From assembly GCA_963725865.1 (NCBI GenBank), contig CAVSAC010000019.1, positions 32,001 to 96,000 on the forward strand: a stretch of DNA of 64,000 nt, in the 5' to 3' direction. The notes beneath the pieces are model-generated. The model saw only the letters and a program-made list of their open reading frames with translations, was not told where the DNA came from and did no database searches. Of the stretch, positions 20,069 through 30,421 are shown one piece after another; position 1 is the stretch's first letter, and each line of letters opens with the position of its first letter. This DNA comes from Candidatus Eiseniibacteriota bacterium. GTDB taxonomy: Bacteria; Eisenbacteria; RBG-16-71-46. Made by a program: the position numbers and the translations under genes.

Positions 20069-20178
20069 GGGACCTCCCGGGAAGCGCCCCGCGACTCGAG
20101 CGAGGGTCGGAACTGGCGGCCGACGTGACGCAGGCGCGTTATCGGCACTTCCACCCCGGACCCTCACCCCCGCCTGGA

Positions 20179-20901
20179 TCAGGTCGCCGCCCGCCCCACG
20201 AGCACTTCTTCCTCCGGATCGAGCCCGAAGCGGCGCGCCTGATCGGCGCCCAGCGTGCGGGCGAACGGCACGCGCTCGATCGCCCAGCCGCTCTCGCGCA
20301 GCCGCTCGAAGAAGTCGCGCCCGTAGATGCGGACGTGGTCGGACTGGCCGAACACGCGCAGCCGCTCGGCCGCGCTGGTCACATGCGGGTCCTCGAACGT
20401 GGTCGCGCGCGCGACATCGATCGGAGTCTGGAGCACCGCCCAGCCGCCCGGCGCCAGCACGCGCACCAGCTCGCGCATCGCGGCGCGGTCGTCGGGGATG
20501 TGCTCGAGGACGTGGTTGCAGAACACCGCGTCGAACGCGCCGTCGGCCAGCTCGAGCCGGGTGAGGTCCATGTGCCGCATCGCCAGCGGGGACTCCAGGT
20601 CGATGCTGAGGTAGTCGAGGTTCGCGCGCGCGCGCAGCGCCTGCTGCAGGAACGCCTCGGGCGCCACCACCAGCACGCGATGGTGAGCGGGGCCGAGCAG
20701 GTCGGTCGCACGCTGGAGCCACAGCCACACCAGCCGGTGGCGCTCGAGCGATCCGCAGCGCGGACAGCGGGCGTTGGGCCGCCGCTCATGGCCTCCGCGC
20801 AGGAAGCCCCGGAAGCGCCCGCCGCAGCACGGGCACTCGACGCGATCGCCGCGCATGAGCCAGGCGACCACTCCCCACACGATCCGTCTCAGCGGCGCCA
20901 T
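20179..20901 (-). CDS. SAM-dependent methyltransferase (type 11) with N-terminal Cys motifs
   Basis: CPCCG, CPRCGSLERHR, VAPE, NHVLEHIPDD, FGQSDHVR. Confidence 0.88.
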   Translation of the reverse strand: MAPLRRIVWGVVAWLMRGDRVECPCCGGRFRGFLRGGHERRPNARCPRCGSLERHRLVWLWLQRATDLLGPAHHRVLVVAPEAFLQQALRARANLDYLSIDLESPLAMRHMDLTRLELADGAFDAVFCNHVLEHIPDDRAAMRELVRVLAPGGWAVLQTPIDVARATTFEDPHVTSAAERLRVFGQSDHVRIYGRDFFERLRESGWAIERVPFARTLGADQARRFGLDPEEEVLVGRAAT

Positions 20902-21016
20902 GGCCGCACTATCGCCCGGTCCGGTCGGCGGCGTCCAGCGCGGCGGTGCGCCGGCGCCGCAGACACGGCGGCGCGCGAGGCGTCACGCCCCGCGCGCCGC
21001 GAAGCCGAGATGCGCG

Positions 21017-21604
21017 CTACTTGGCGGGCGAGCCGCTCGCTCCGCCACCCGGAGCCGGACGCGGCGCGTCCCAGGCCGACGGCGGCGGCGGGAAGTCGAC
21101 CACCGAGCCACTCGCCCCTGCCGCCTGATCGGGCGGCACGACCGCGGGCACCTTGTGGCTGATCGGCGGCAGGCTCTTCAGGTACGCCGCGATGGAGTAA
21201 GCGTCCTCATCCGTGAACGCGGTGAGGTTCTGCCACGGCATCGGCGGGTTGAGCACGCGGCCGTCCGGCCGCATGCCGGTGCGCATCGCGTCCACGATCT
21301 GTTTCTCGGTCCACGCGCCGATCCCGGTCTCGCGGTCGGGCGTCAGGTTCCTCGCGTACGAGACGCCCCAGGGACCGCGCCAGCCCATCTCGGAGCCCGA
21401 CAGCTTGCGATCGAAGTCGGGCGACCCGTAGAACGTCCCGGGCGTGTGGCAGTCGCCGCAGCTGCATACGGTCGTGAGGTACTCCCCGCGCTTGATGCGC
21501 TTGGCCTTGGCGTCGGGTGCCGCCGGTGCGGCGGCGATCAGCGGCACGGCGACCGCGAGGGCGAGGGAACAACTGATGAGCGGGGTCCACTGGGTCCAAC
21601 GCAT
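21017..21604 (-). CDS. Periplasmic monoheme cytochrome c
   Basis: Signal peptide, RGEYL, CGDCHTP, NLTPD..TGIG.W, PPMPW, AYLKSLPP. Confidence 0.9.
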   Translation of the reverse strand: MRWTQWTPLISCSLALAVAVPLIAAAPAAPDAKAKRIKRGEYLTTVCSCGDCHTPGTFYGSPDFDRKLSGSEMGWRGPWGVSYARNLTPDRETGIGAWTEKQIVDAMRTGMRPDGRVLNPPMPWQNLTAFTDEDAYSIAAYLKSLPPISHKVPAVVPPDQAAGASGSVVDFPPPPSAWDAPRPAPGGGASGSPAK

Positions 21605-21720
21605 GCGACTTCTCCTGGGGTGGGAGGTCCAATCGGGGACACACCACGTGTCCGCGCGGGAGCGCGGGAGTCCTGTTCCCGCCGCTCGACGCCTGATCGG
21701 CCGTCAGGCGGTGGGCAATC

Positions 21721-21746
21721 TACGACGAAACGGGCCCCGAGTTGCA
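21721..21746 (-). promoter_or_regulatory. Putative ECF sigma promoter TGCAAC-N16-CGTA
   Basis: Upstream of the cytochrome c gene; same motif as 4771 and 50897. Confidence 0.5.
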
Positions 21747-21895
21747 TGAAAACAAACATGCCCCCCGGATATCGGGGAGGTGGTGGCCGGCAGTCCATCC
21801 GCGCGGTGCCGCGGGCGCGCTGGTCGCGCGGCGCGTGGCCCGCGGCCGCCTCGGGCGCGAGGCCCGCCGCCACCGGCCCGGGTGCGCCGGCGCCG

Positions 21896-21931
21896 AAAAG
21901 GGTCGGGGCGCGCGGTTGCCCGCGCGCCCCG
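21896..21931 (-). terminator. Intrinsic terminator
   Basis: CGGGGCGCGCGG-GCAA-CCGCGCGCCCCG then ACCCTTTT, after the stop at 21950. Confidence 0.7.
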
Positions 21932-21949
21932 GGGGGGCTGAAGCGAGGG

Positions 21950-24934
21950 TCAGTGCCCGCGCCTCAGGACCACCTTGTGCGCGACCTCGATGCCGTCCGC
22001 GCGCAGCCGGATGAAGTACACGCCGTCGTGCAGGCCCTGCGCCTGCCACGTGCGCGCGTGTACGCCCGCCGGGAACGCGCCCTGCGCCAGCGTCGCGACG
22101 CGGCGCCCGGCGATGTCGAACAGGCCGATGTCCACCTGCGCGGCCAGCGGCAGCGCGAAGCGGACGGTCGCGCCGTCGTCACCGAGCGGGTTGGGATGGA
22201 ATGCCAGCGAGACGCGGCTCGCGCCCTCGATCGGGGTACCCGAGCCCGCCAGGCTGGTCGTCACCAATGCGCCGTCGGGCGCCGAGACCTCGGCGCTCGC
22301 CACCGTCACCTCGCCGCCGTGCGACTGGCCCGCCTTGAGCGCGAGGTCGAGCGTGAGCGGGCAGCTACCCTCCGACGCCGTCGGCAAGAGCGCGATCAGC
22401 CCCAGCACCAGCTGGTCGCCCTGCATTTCCTGCAGCGCCAGCCACCCGCTGCCCGCGGTGAACGCGCTCACGTCGTAGCGGTCGGCGGGGAATCTCAGCG
22501 CCATCCGCAGCGCGCCGACGCGCTCGGCGCCGGCGAGCGTGATGGGCAGCGTCACGTGCCCGGCCGTGCGGGCGGGCTCGCCGAACTCCAGCGCGATCCC
22601 CGGATCGTCGCGCCGCGGCAGGCTGTCGCCCGGAGTCCCGCGCAGGATCGCGCGCGCACAGCACAGGATGTCGTCGATCGTGGCGGAGCCGTCGCCGTCG
22701 CAGTCGTGCCGACCGGCGATGGTGTCGGGACACGCGCCGCCGAGGATGCAGTGCACCATCACGACGAGGTCGCGCACGTCGCTCACCCCATCGTGGTTGA
22801 CGTCACAGCTCGAGCTGGCCAGGCACACGCGCGCGCCGGGCACGATCGGACGCATGCTCTCGTCCGGGCACTCCGGCACCAGCGCCGCCAGCGAGTCCGC
22901 GCCCACCAGCGAATCGCTGCGCACGAGCATCACCGGCGGCGGCGACGTGCCGCTCGCGAGCGCGACCGTGATCCTCAGCACCGCCTCGAACGCCTGGGTC
23001 GGATCGATCGGCTCGCGCGGGCCGTCGGGCGACAGGGTGGCCGGGATCGGCGCCCCCGAAGTGGCGAACATCACGAAGCGCGCCCCGTCGGCGGTCGGCA
23101 CCCACTGCAGGTGCATGCCGGCGGCGGGCCCGATCGCCTCGAGATTCTTCACGGTCAGGAAGGGCCCCGAGCGCAGCACGCCCTGGAGCCCCGCGAGCCG
23201 GACCATCGAGAGCACCGACATCGTGACCGCGGCGTCCCGTCCGGGCGCGATGGTGGTGTTGCAGCCGCCCTTCGGCGGGGGTCCCCAGGTGGTGACGAAG
23301 CAGGGCGGCTGGGTCGAGGTGCTGCAGGTCGCGCTCACCGTGAATGGGAAGCGGCGCGCGAGCAGCCGGCCGGGCAGGATGTCGTCGGAGCAGCTCACCT
23401 GCGCGACCTCGACGATCAGCCCGTAGCCGCCCACCGGCAGCGCGGGCAGCAGCGTGTCCACCTGCCACGGCGTCTCGACCATCGCACACGGCCGCTCGAG
23501 GCAGTCCTCGGAGTCGAGCAGGATGCGCACCGTCGGCGGGCCGATCACGGTGGCCGGCGACGGCAGGAACAGCACCTTGCGCACGTGCCCGCAGGTGCTC
23601 GGGAACGCCCCGCGGACGCGCAATGGAATGCGTCGGTCGGCGCACGCGGTGGGCAGGCAGCTGTCGCAGGCGGCCTGGCCCGCGATCCAGACGTCACTGT
23701 GGAGCGGGATCGGCGGGACCTGCGCGCAGTTCGGGCTCACCGAGAACTCGAACCGGCCCCACGTCACCACGGTGTCGGGGCCCGCCGGAAGCCGCACGTG
23801 GATCTCGCGGAACATCGTGGCCAGGGCGTAGTGCCCGGCGCGCAGGGTCCCGAACGGCACCAGCGCGGAATCGCCCGCGCACGCCGCCGGCCCGGCGCAG
23901 CGCGCGTCATCGCGCACCTCGTACGTCACCACCAGCCCCACCCCGCTGTCCATCACGGCCGACACCAGCCGCACGCACGGCGGGCAGCCGGTCAAACGCA
24001 CGCGGATGCCGACGGTATCGCCGTCGCACGGCGCGGCGGGCTCGGTCGCGAGCTGGACCCGCGGCGCGGTCTGGCTGCTGCACGTCGGCGAAGTCTGGAA
24101 TGGGTACGTGGTCGCGAGCAGCCGCCCCGGCATGATGCTGTCGGAACAGCTCACCTGCGCCACCTCCACCCGCAGCCCATAGACGCCGACCGGCAGCGGC
24201 GGCAACAGCGTGTCCACGTGCCACGGCTTCATGAACATCGTGCACGGCCGCCCCAGGCAGGCGTCGCTGTCGAGCAGCACGCGCACCGTGGGAGGCCCGA
24301 TCACCGTGAGCGGCGACGGGACGAACAGCACTCCCGCCACGTGGCCGCAGCCGCTCGGGAACTCCCCGGCGATCCGCAGCGGGATCGGGCGGTCGCTGCA
24401 CGCCACCGGGTCGCAGCTCTCGCAGGCCGGCTGGCCCGCGATCCACACCGTGGAGTGCAGCGAGATCGGCGGAACGTCGACGCACGTGGAAGAGACCACG
24501 AAGCCGAGCACGGTGGTGGTGTCCACCACGACGCTGTCGACCGTCGCGTTGCGGACCACGAGCACCGCGCGGATCGCGGCGCTGACCGAGTGCGCCCCCG
24601 GCGGGAACGACCCCAGGAGGATGCGCACCGTATCGGGCGGGCAGGCGGCGAACGTCGCGCACTCGAACGCGTGCACGTAGATGCGCGCGTGCTCCGGGTC
24701 GCTCGCTTCGGCGACCACCGCGTCGATGCACGGCGGACACTGCGGGATCACCGCCACCAGCGAGACCGGCTCGCCCGCGCACGGGTTCGACGGCTCGATG
24801 TGGAGGTACGGGAGCGGCGCGGCCGGCGGAACCGAATTCGCTTCGGCGCGCACGCCGTGCGCGTTGGCCGCCGCGAGCGCGAGGATCACCAGGCTCATCG
24901 AGAGCGAGATCAACAGCAGACGAAGCGTTCGCAT
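21950..24934 (-). CDS. Large Cys-rich secreted protein with internal repeats, dockerin-like and cohesin-like modules and FlgD/T9SS-like CTD
   Basis: Signal peptide; duplicated ~130 aa module (VPPIxLHSxVWIAGQ...); paired Ca loops DVNHDGVSDVRD and DCDGDGSATIDD; PNP...FDIAGRR...GVYFIRL...KVVLR. Confidence 0.75.
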   Translation of the reverse strand: MRTLRLLLISLSMSLVILALAAANAHGVRAEANSVPPAAPLPYLHIEPSNPCAGEPVSLVAVIPQCPPCIDAVVAEASDPEHARIYVHAFECATFAACPPDTVRILLGSFPPGAHSVSAAIRAVLVVRNATVDSVVVDTTTVLGFVVSSTCVDVPPISLHSTVWIAGQPACESCDPVACSDRPIPLRIAGEFPSGCGHVAGVLFVPSPLTVIGPPTVRVLLDSDACLGRPCTMFMKPWHVDTLLPPLPVGVYGLRVEVAQVSCSDSIMPGRLLATTYPFQTSPTCSSQTAPRVQLATEPAAPCDGDTVGIRVRLTGCPPCVRLVSAVMDSGVGLVVTYEVRDDARCAGPAACAGDSALVPFGTLRAGHYALATMFREIHVRLPAGPDTVVTWGRFEFSVSPNCAQVPPIPLHSDVWIAGQAACDSCLPTACADRRIPLRVRGAFPSTCGHVRKVLFLPSPATVIGPPTVRILLDSEDCLERPCAMVETPWQVDTLLPALPVGGYGLIVEVAQVSCSDDILPGRLLARRFPFTVSATCSTSTQPPCFVTTWGPPPKGGCNTTIAPGRDAAVTMSVLSMVRLAGLQGVLRSGPFLTVKNLEAIGPAAGMHLQWVPTADGARFVMFATSGAPIPATLSPDGPREPIDPTQAFEAVLRITVALASGTSPPPVMLVRSDSLVGADSLAALVPECPDESMRPIVPGARVCLASSSCDVNHDGVSDVRDLVVMVHCILGGACPDTIAGRHDCDGDGSATIDDILCCARAILRGTPGDSLPRRDDPGIALEFGEPARTAGHVTLPITLAGAERVGALRMALRFPADRYDVSAFTAGSGWLALQEMQGDQLVLGLIALLPTASEGSCPLTLDLALKAGQSHGGEVTVASAEVSAPDGALVTTSLAGSGTPIEGASRVSLAFHPNPLGDDGATVRFALPLAAQVDIGLFDIAGRRVATLAQGAFPAGVHARTWQAQGLHDGVYFIRLRADGIEVAHKVVLRRGH

Positions 24935-25119
24935 GATGGCACTCCGGAGGCAGTCGGCAGCCAGCCGGCGCCCGGTGCGGGACGGGGGTCCGTCCCGAAC
25001 TGACGTTTCCCCGGTCGGGAATGCTTGAAGGCTAGTCCTCGGCCGCGCCCCGTTCAATAGTCCGCGTGACGAACGGCGGTCCACGGGAACACCTTCGGCC
25101 TGCCCCTGCTCGCCAGCGA

Positions 25120-26028
25120 CTAGCCGCGCCGCTTCCCCACGATCACGACCCGGTCCCCCAGCACGTTGAAGGCGTTCGTGATGGGCAGGTTGACCGCGTC
25201 GATCGCCGCCATCGCCGCGCGCTGGAGCGCCGACTTGCGGCCGTGGGCGCGGCCCGGCGGGATCTTGCTCTGGCGGCACTCGAGCATCTCGAGCCCGACC
25301 GCGCGGAACAGCCGCGTCAGCGGGCCGGGCGTGAACTCCCAGAGGTGGTAGGGCGGCTCCCGCAGCACGATGGTGCGCCCGAGCGCTCCGTAGGCTGCCA
25401 GCGCCCAGCCGCGCGCGAGCGAGTGTGTGGTGGTGGGCCCGCGCAGGTAGAGCACGCCGCCCGGGCGCAGCAGCCGCGCCACCTCGACCAGCACGCCGCG
25501 GCAGTCGGGCACGTGCTCCAGCACGTCGCCCATGTAGACCAGGTCGAACGTGCCGCCGGGGAGCGCCGCGCTGTGCAGGTCACCTTGGTGCACGTCGAGG
25601 CCCAGTCCGCGCGCGTGCGCGACCGCCGCCGCGGACAGCTCGACGCCCTGCACCCTCCACCCGCGCTCGGCCGCGTGCTTCAGCAGCCAGCCCGCCGCGC
25701 AGCCGACCTCGAGCAGCCGTCCGGGCGGACGGAAGCGCGCGAACTCCGCCAGCAGGCCGTCGTCCTCGGCGCGGTAGGTCGCCTCGTCGTACACGTCGGT
25801 GGCGCTGCGCCCGCAGCGGAAGTCGCTCGCGAAGTACGCGGCCGAGTACAGCTCCGCGAGCGCGTCCGCGCGCGGCTGCACCGCCAGGAACCGCAGACCG
25901 CACTGGCGGCACTCGACCAGCGGGAAGCTGCCGCGGAACTCGTAGCGCATGGCGAGCGGCCGCAGCGCGGCGCCGCCGCACGCGAGGCAGCGCTCGAGCC
26001 GCACGATGGGCAGCGGCGCGTCGTTCAT
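25120..26028 (-). CDS. Class I SAM-dependent methyltransferase with N-terminal Zn-ribbon
   Basis: CLACG, CRQCG, LLEVGCAAG, DVLEHV, PPYHL. Confidence 0.88.
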   Translation of the reverse strand: MNDAPLPIVRLERCLACGGAALRPLAMRYEFRGSFPLVECRQCGLRFLAVQPRADALAELYSAAYFASDFRCGRSATDVYDEATYRAEDDGLLAEFARFRPPGRLLEVGCAAGWLLKHAAERGWRVQGVELSAAAVAHARGLGLDVHQGDLHSAALPGGTFDLVYMGDVLEHVPDCRGVLVEVARLLRPGGVLYLRGPTTTHSLARGWALAAYGALGRTIVLREPPYHLWEFTPGPLTRLFRAVGLEMLECRQSKIPPGRAHGRKSALQRAAMAAIDAVNLPITNAFNVLGDRVVIVGKRRG

Positions 26029-27155
26029 GCGCGGCCGGCACCCTCCGCCACCGCCGCCGGCGCGGCGCCGAGCGGGCGGGCGATCGGCGCGCCACCGAGC
26101 ACCCGGTCGCCGGCATAGAACACCGCGAGCTGGCCCGGCGTCACCGCGCTCTGCGGCGTCTCGAAGCGCACCTCGACCGTGCCGTCCGCGCGCGGGAACA
26201 GCGTCGCCGGCGCGGGCCGGTGCTGGTAGCGGATCTTCACCTCGGCCGCCTGTCCGGCGGGCGGCGGCGCCGGCAGCAGCCAATTGACGGTACCGGTGAC
26301 GAGGCCGGGCGCACCGAGCGCCGCCCGGGGCCCGACCGTGACGCGGTTCGCGGCGGCGTCGATCGCGATCACGTAGAGCGGCTCGGCGGCCGCCAGCCCG
26401 AGTCCGCGCCGCTGGCCGACCGTGTAGTGCAGCACGCCGCGATGGGTGCCGAGCGGCGCGCCGTCGAGTCCGACGAACGCGCCGGGGGCGGTGCCGCGCG
26501 TCTCGCCGAGCACGCGGGTCGCGTAGCCGGCGTAGTCGCCGTCGGGCACGAAGCACAGGTCCTGGCTCTCGGGCTTGTCCCACAGCGTGAGCCCGAGCCG
26601 GCGCCCGTGCGCGCGCACCGCGTCCTTGGCGAGCGAGCCGAGCGGGAACATCACGCGCGGCAGCACCGCGTAGGGAATGAGCGCGAGCGCGTACGACTGG
26701 TCCTTGGATGTATCGGCGGCGCGGAACAGCCCCCAGCCGTCGTCGGTGCGCGCGACCCGCGCGTAGTGGCCGGTCGCCAGCGCGTCGGCGCCGATCAGCC
26801 CCATGCGCTCGACCAGGTCGCCGAACTTGAGGTGCTGGTTGCACAGCGCGCAGGGATACGGCGTGCGCCCGCCCGCGTAGGCGTCGAGGAACGGCTGCAG
26901 CACGCGCGTGCGGAACACCTCCTCGGCCTCCACCACGAAGTGCGGGAAGCCCATGGTGCGCGCCACTCCCTGCGCGTCGGCGATGGCGTCGAGCGTGCAG
27001 CAGGCGCGCGGGCTCGCGGGCCCGCTGCCGTAGCACCACAGCTTGAGCGTCACGCCGGTGACGTCGTGGCCCTGCTCGGCGACCAGCGCCGCGGCCACGC
27101 CCGAGTCGACGCCGCCGCTCATGGCGACCAGCACGCGCCGGCGCGCCTCGCTCAC
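26025..27155 (-). CDS. mnmA: tRNA 2-thiouridine(34) synthase
   Basis: AMSGGVDS, TPYPCALCN, ATGHYAR, KDQSY, ESQDLCF, YTVGQRRG, KIRY, TPGQ. Confidence 0.96.
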   Translation of the reverse strand: MSEARRRVLVAMSGGVDSGVAAALVAEQGHDVTGVTLKLWCYGSGPASPRACCTLDAIADAQGVARTMGFPHFVVEAEEVFRTRVLQPFLDAYAGGRTPYPCALCNQHLKFGDLVERMGLIGADALATGHYARVARTDDGWGLFRAADTSKDQSYALALIPYAVLPRVMFPLGSLAKDAVRAHGRRLGLTLWDKPESQDLCFVPDGDYAGYATRVLGETRGTAPGAFVGLDGAPLGTHRGVLHYTVGQRRGLGLAAAEPLYVIAIDAAANRVTVGPRAALGAPGLVTGTVNWLLPAPPPAGQAAEVKIRYQHRPAPATLFPRADGTVEVRFETPQSAVTPGQLAVFYAGDRVLGGAPIARPLGAAPAAVAEGAGRA

Positions 27156-28306
27156 GCGGCCCCTCCCGCGCCCGCCAGCGCGCGCGCCGCCCGCAGCGCG
27201 TCGGCGATCACCGCCAGCGCCTGCTCGATCTCGGCCGCGGTGGTGGTGCGCCCGAGCGAGAACCGCAACGCGCACACCGCCAGCTCGCGCGGCACCGCCA
27301 TCGCGCTCAGCACCGGCGAGGGCTCGACCGCCCCGCTCGCGCACGCCGCTCCGGCCGAGACCTCGACCCCGCGCGCGTCGAGCGCCATCAGCAGATGATC
27401 GCTGCGCGCGCCGGGGAACGACGCGTTCACGGTGTTCGGCAGCCGCCGCACCCGCGCCCCGTGCACCACCAGGTCGGGCGCCAGCGTCGCGAGGCCGGCC
27501 TCGAAGCGCTCGCGCAGCGCCGTCAGCCGCGTGCCCTCGGCGGCCAGCTCGCGCGCGGCCAGCTCGGCGGCGACGCCGAAGCCGACGATGCCGGGCAGGT
27601 TCTCGGTGCCGCCGCGGCGGCCGCGCTCGTGGCCGCTGCCGCGGAACAGCGGCTCGTACGGCGCGCCCTCGCGCACCACCAGCGCGCCGATGCCCTTCGG
27701 CCCGCCGAGCTTGTGCGCCGAGAGCACCAGGTAGTCCGCGCCGAGTGCCGCCGCATCGACCGCGATCTTGCCCGCCGCCTGTACCGCGTCGCAGTGCAGG
27801 CGCAGGTCGTGGGCGCGCGCACGCGCCGCCAGCGCCTGGATCGGCTGCACCACGCCGGTCTCGTTGTTGGCGAGCATCACCGCGACCACCGTGCAGTCGG
27901 CCGGCAGCGCGTCGAGCGCCTCGGGCGCCACCCGGCCGTCGGCATCGACCGGCAGGTGCGAGACCGCCCAGCCGAGGCGCTCCAGCACCGCGGCCGCGCC
28001 GTGCACGGCGTGGTGCTCGACCGCCGAGATCGCGATCCGCCGCCCGCGCGTCTCGCGCGCCCACGCCGCCCCCACCACCGCCGCGTGGTCGCCCTCGGTG
28101 CCGCCGCTCGTGAACACCAGCTCGGCCGGGCGCGCGTTCACGAGGGCCGCGACCTGGGCGCGCGCGCGCTCGATGGCGGCGCGGGCGCGCTGCCCCTCGC
28201 GGTGCATGCTCGACGGGTTCGCCGGCAGCGACACCAGCGCCTCGCGCATGGCGTCGGCCACCTCGCTGCGCACCGGGGTCGAGGCGTTGTGGTCGAGGTA
28301 GATCAT
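27152..28306 (-). CDS. Cysteine desulfurase (IscS/NifS family)
   Basis: YLDHNAST, NPSS, FTSGGTE, NNETG, SAHK, GGTEN, SAGAAC. Confidence 0.93.
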   Translation of the reverse strand: MIYLDHNASTPVRSEVADAMREALVSLPANPSSMHREGQRARAAIERARAQVAALVNARPAELVFTSGGTEGDHAAVVGAAWARETRGRRIAISAVEHHAVHGAAAVLERLGWAVSHLPVDADGRVAPEALDALPADCTVVAVMLANNETGVVQPIQALAARARAHDLRLHCDAVQAAGKIAVDAAALGADYLVLSAHKLGGPKGIGALVVREGAPYEPLFRGSGHERGRRGGTENLPGIVGFGVAAELAARELAAEGTRLTALRERFEAGLATLAPDLVVHGARVRRLPNTVNASFPGARSDHLLMALDARGVEVSAGAACASGAVEPSPVLSAMAVPRELAVCALRFSLGRTTTAAEIEQALAVIADALRAARALAGAGGAA

Positions 28307-28414
28307 GACGGTCCTCCGCGGGACGTGCGCGGCGGCGGGTGGCGACGAGGCCCCGTCCGCGCGCCTCCGCGCGGCGGCCGGGGCCTCGGGGGCGCCCGCC
28401 GGGCGGGCGCGCGA

Positions 28415-29065
28415 CTAGGGCTGGCTGGGTGAGTCCAGGAACTTCTCGAGCACGTCGATGCTCTCGCGCGCGCTCACCGCCTCGGGCGACGCCGGCGCGA
28501 TGTCGACCACCTTGCGCCACATCCGGATCGCGTCGCGGTAGAGGCCGGCATCGGCGAACGCCACCCCCATCGTGAAGTACGCGCAGTAGGAGTTCGGCTT
28601 GTCGCGGACCACCTGGCGCAGCACGTTCATCGCCTCGTCGTAGCGGCCCATGCCGTAGATCGAGGACGCCTTGCGGCACATCGCGACCGAGTCGCCCGGC
28701 ACCAGCTTGAGCGCGCCGTCGTAGTACTGCTGCGCCATCTGCGGCTGGCCGGCGGCGTCGAACACCACTCCCACGTTCACCATCGTCTTCACGTCGGTGG
28801 GGCGCAGCGTGAGCGCCTTGACCAGCACCTTGGTGGCCTCGGTGTTACGGTCGCGATCCATGTACATCACGCCGAGGCGGTACAGGTTCTCGAAATTGCT
28901 GGAGTCCTTCGCGACCGCACGCTCGAGGATGGTGATGCTGTCCAGCACGGCGGCGGCCGGCTCGGTCTTGGTCGGCTTGTGGCCGGACGCGGTGACCTGG
29001 GCGTGCGCGGCAAGCGCCGCGAGCAGACTCACGACGACGACGAGGACCGGGACGAGACGCTTCAA
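28415..29065 (-). CDS. Secreted TPR protein
   Basis: Signal peptide ending AHA-Q, about four TPR repeats. Confidence 0.8.
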   Translation of the reverse strand: MKRLVPVLVVVVSLLAALAAHAQVTASGHKPTKTEPAAAVLDSITILERAVAKDSSNFENLYRLGVMYMDRDRNTEATKVLVKALTLRPTDVKTMVNVGVVFDAAGQPQMAQQYYDGALKLVPGDSVAMCRKASSIYGMGRYDEAMNVLRQVVRDKPNSYCAYFTMGVAFADAGLYRDAIRMWRKVVDIAPASPEAVSARESIDVLEKFLDSPSQP

Positions 29066-29151
29066 GTGTCACCCTCCTGAGGGAGCCCAGACGTGAAATG
29101 CGGGCCCGATGGTACATCGGGGGCAGGGCCCGGCCAAGCGGGTGGGGCCGC

Positions 29152-30357
29152 CTAGCCGCGGGCGGCGCGCTCCAGCGCCTGCCGGAGGTCCGCCCACAGG
29201 TCGTCCACGTCCTCGACCCCCACTGAGACACGCACCAGGCCCTCGGGGATGCCCGCCTTGGCGCGCCCCTCGGCGCCGAGCTGGATGTGCGAGGTGTGTG
29301 TCGGCAGGGTGACCAGCGACTCCACGCCGCCGAGGCTGGGGCCCAACTTGAGCAGCCGCAGGGCCTCCACCAGCGTCTTCGCCGCCGGCGCGCCGCCGCG
29401 CACCTCGAACGACAGCAGCGGTCCGAATCCGTGCGCCATCTGGCGGGCCGCCAGCGCGTGGCTCGGGTGGGTGGGGAGCCCGGCGTAGAACACCTGCGCG
29501 ACCGCCGGGTGCGCGTGCAGCCGCTCGGCGATCGCGAGCGCGCCGGCGTTCGCAGCCTCGACCCGCAGCACCAGTGTCTTGAGGCTGCGCTCGATCTGCC
29601 ACGCCACGTCGGGGCCCGGCACCGCGCCGAACACCGCGCGCGCGCGCTGCACGGATTCCATCGCGGGTCGCGCGCCGAGCACCACGCCCGCCAGCAGGTC
29701 GCTGTGCCCGCCGATCGACTTGGTCGCGCTGTACATCACCAGATCGGCGCCCAGCGCGAGCGGGTGCTGGCCGATCGGCGAGGCCACCGTGTTGTCGACC
29801 GAGAGCTTGGCACCGTGCGCGTGCGCGAGCGCGGCGGCGGCGGCAAGGTCGACGACCTGCAGCGTGGGATTGGTCGGCGATTCGACGTGCAGCACGCGGG
29901 TGCGCGGCGTGAACGCCGCCGCCCAGGTCGCGGGCGCGCGGGCGTCCACCAGCGTGGTGGCCCAGCCGAGCCGCAGCGCGCCCCACTGGAGCAGACCGTG
30001 GGTGCCACCGTAGCACTGGTGGAGCGCGATGACGTGGTCGCCGGCCGCCAGGTTCGCCAGGAAGACCGCCGACAGCGCCGCCATGCCGGACGAGAACAGC
30101 AGCGCCTCCTCGGCGCCCTCGAGTCCCGCCAGCCGCTGCTCGCACGCCCGCAGGGTCGGGTGTCCGACGCGCTGGTAGAAGGCGCCCGCCGGGCCCCTGG
30201 CCTGCTCGGCCTCGAGCGCCGCGAGATCGGGGAACGAGAACGTGGCCGAGTGGACGATCGGGGTGCTCACCGCGCCGGGCTGCTCGCGATGGCTGCCGTG
30301 CACCACGCGGGTGCGCTCGGAGCGGACGGGATCGGGCGACGGATCGGGGCTGGGCAC
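29152..30357 (-). CDS. Cys/Met metabolism PLP enzyme (methionine gamma-lyase / cystathionine gamma-synthase family)
   Basis: FSSGMAA, ESPTNP, VDNT, SATKSIGGHSD, SLGGVESL; start approximate. Confidence 0.9.
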   Translation of the reverse strand: MPSPDPSPDPVRSERTRVVHGSHREQPGAVSTPIVHSATFSFPDLAALEAEQARGPAGAFYQRVGHPTLRACEQRLAGLEGAEEALLFSSGMAALSAVFLANLAAGDHVIALHQCYGGTHGLLQWGALRLGWATTLVDARAPATWAAAFTPRTRVLHVESPTNPTLQVVDLAAAAALAHAHGAKLSVDNTVASPIGQHPLALGADLVMYSATKSIGGHSDLLAGVVLGARPAMESVQRARAVFGAVPGPDVAWQIERSLKTLVLRVEAANAGALAIAERLHAHPAVAQVFYAGLPTHPSHALAARQMAHGFGPLLSFEVRGGAPAAKTLVEALRLLKLGPSLGGVESLVTLPTHTSHIQLGAEGRAKAGIPEGLVRVSVGVEDVDDLWADLRQALERAARG

Positions 30358-30421
30358 GGAGACCTCCGGGCTGGCTTCCTGCGACCGCGATGGTCGGCTA
30401 GAGTCGCGGCCCACGCCCGCC

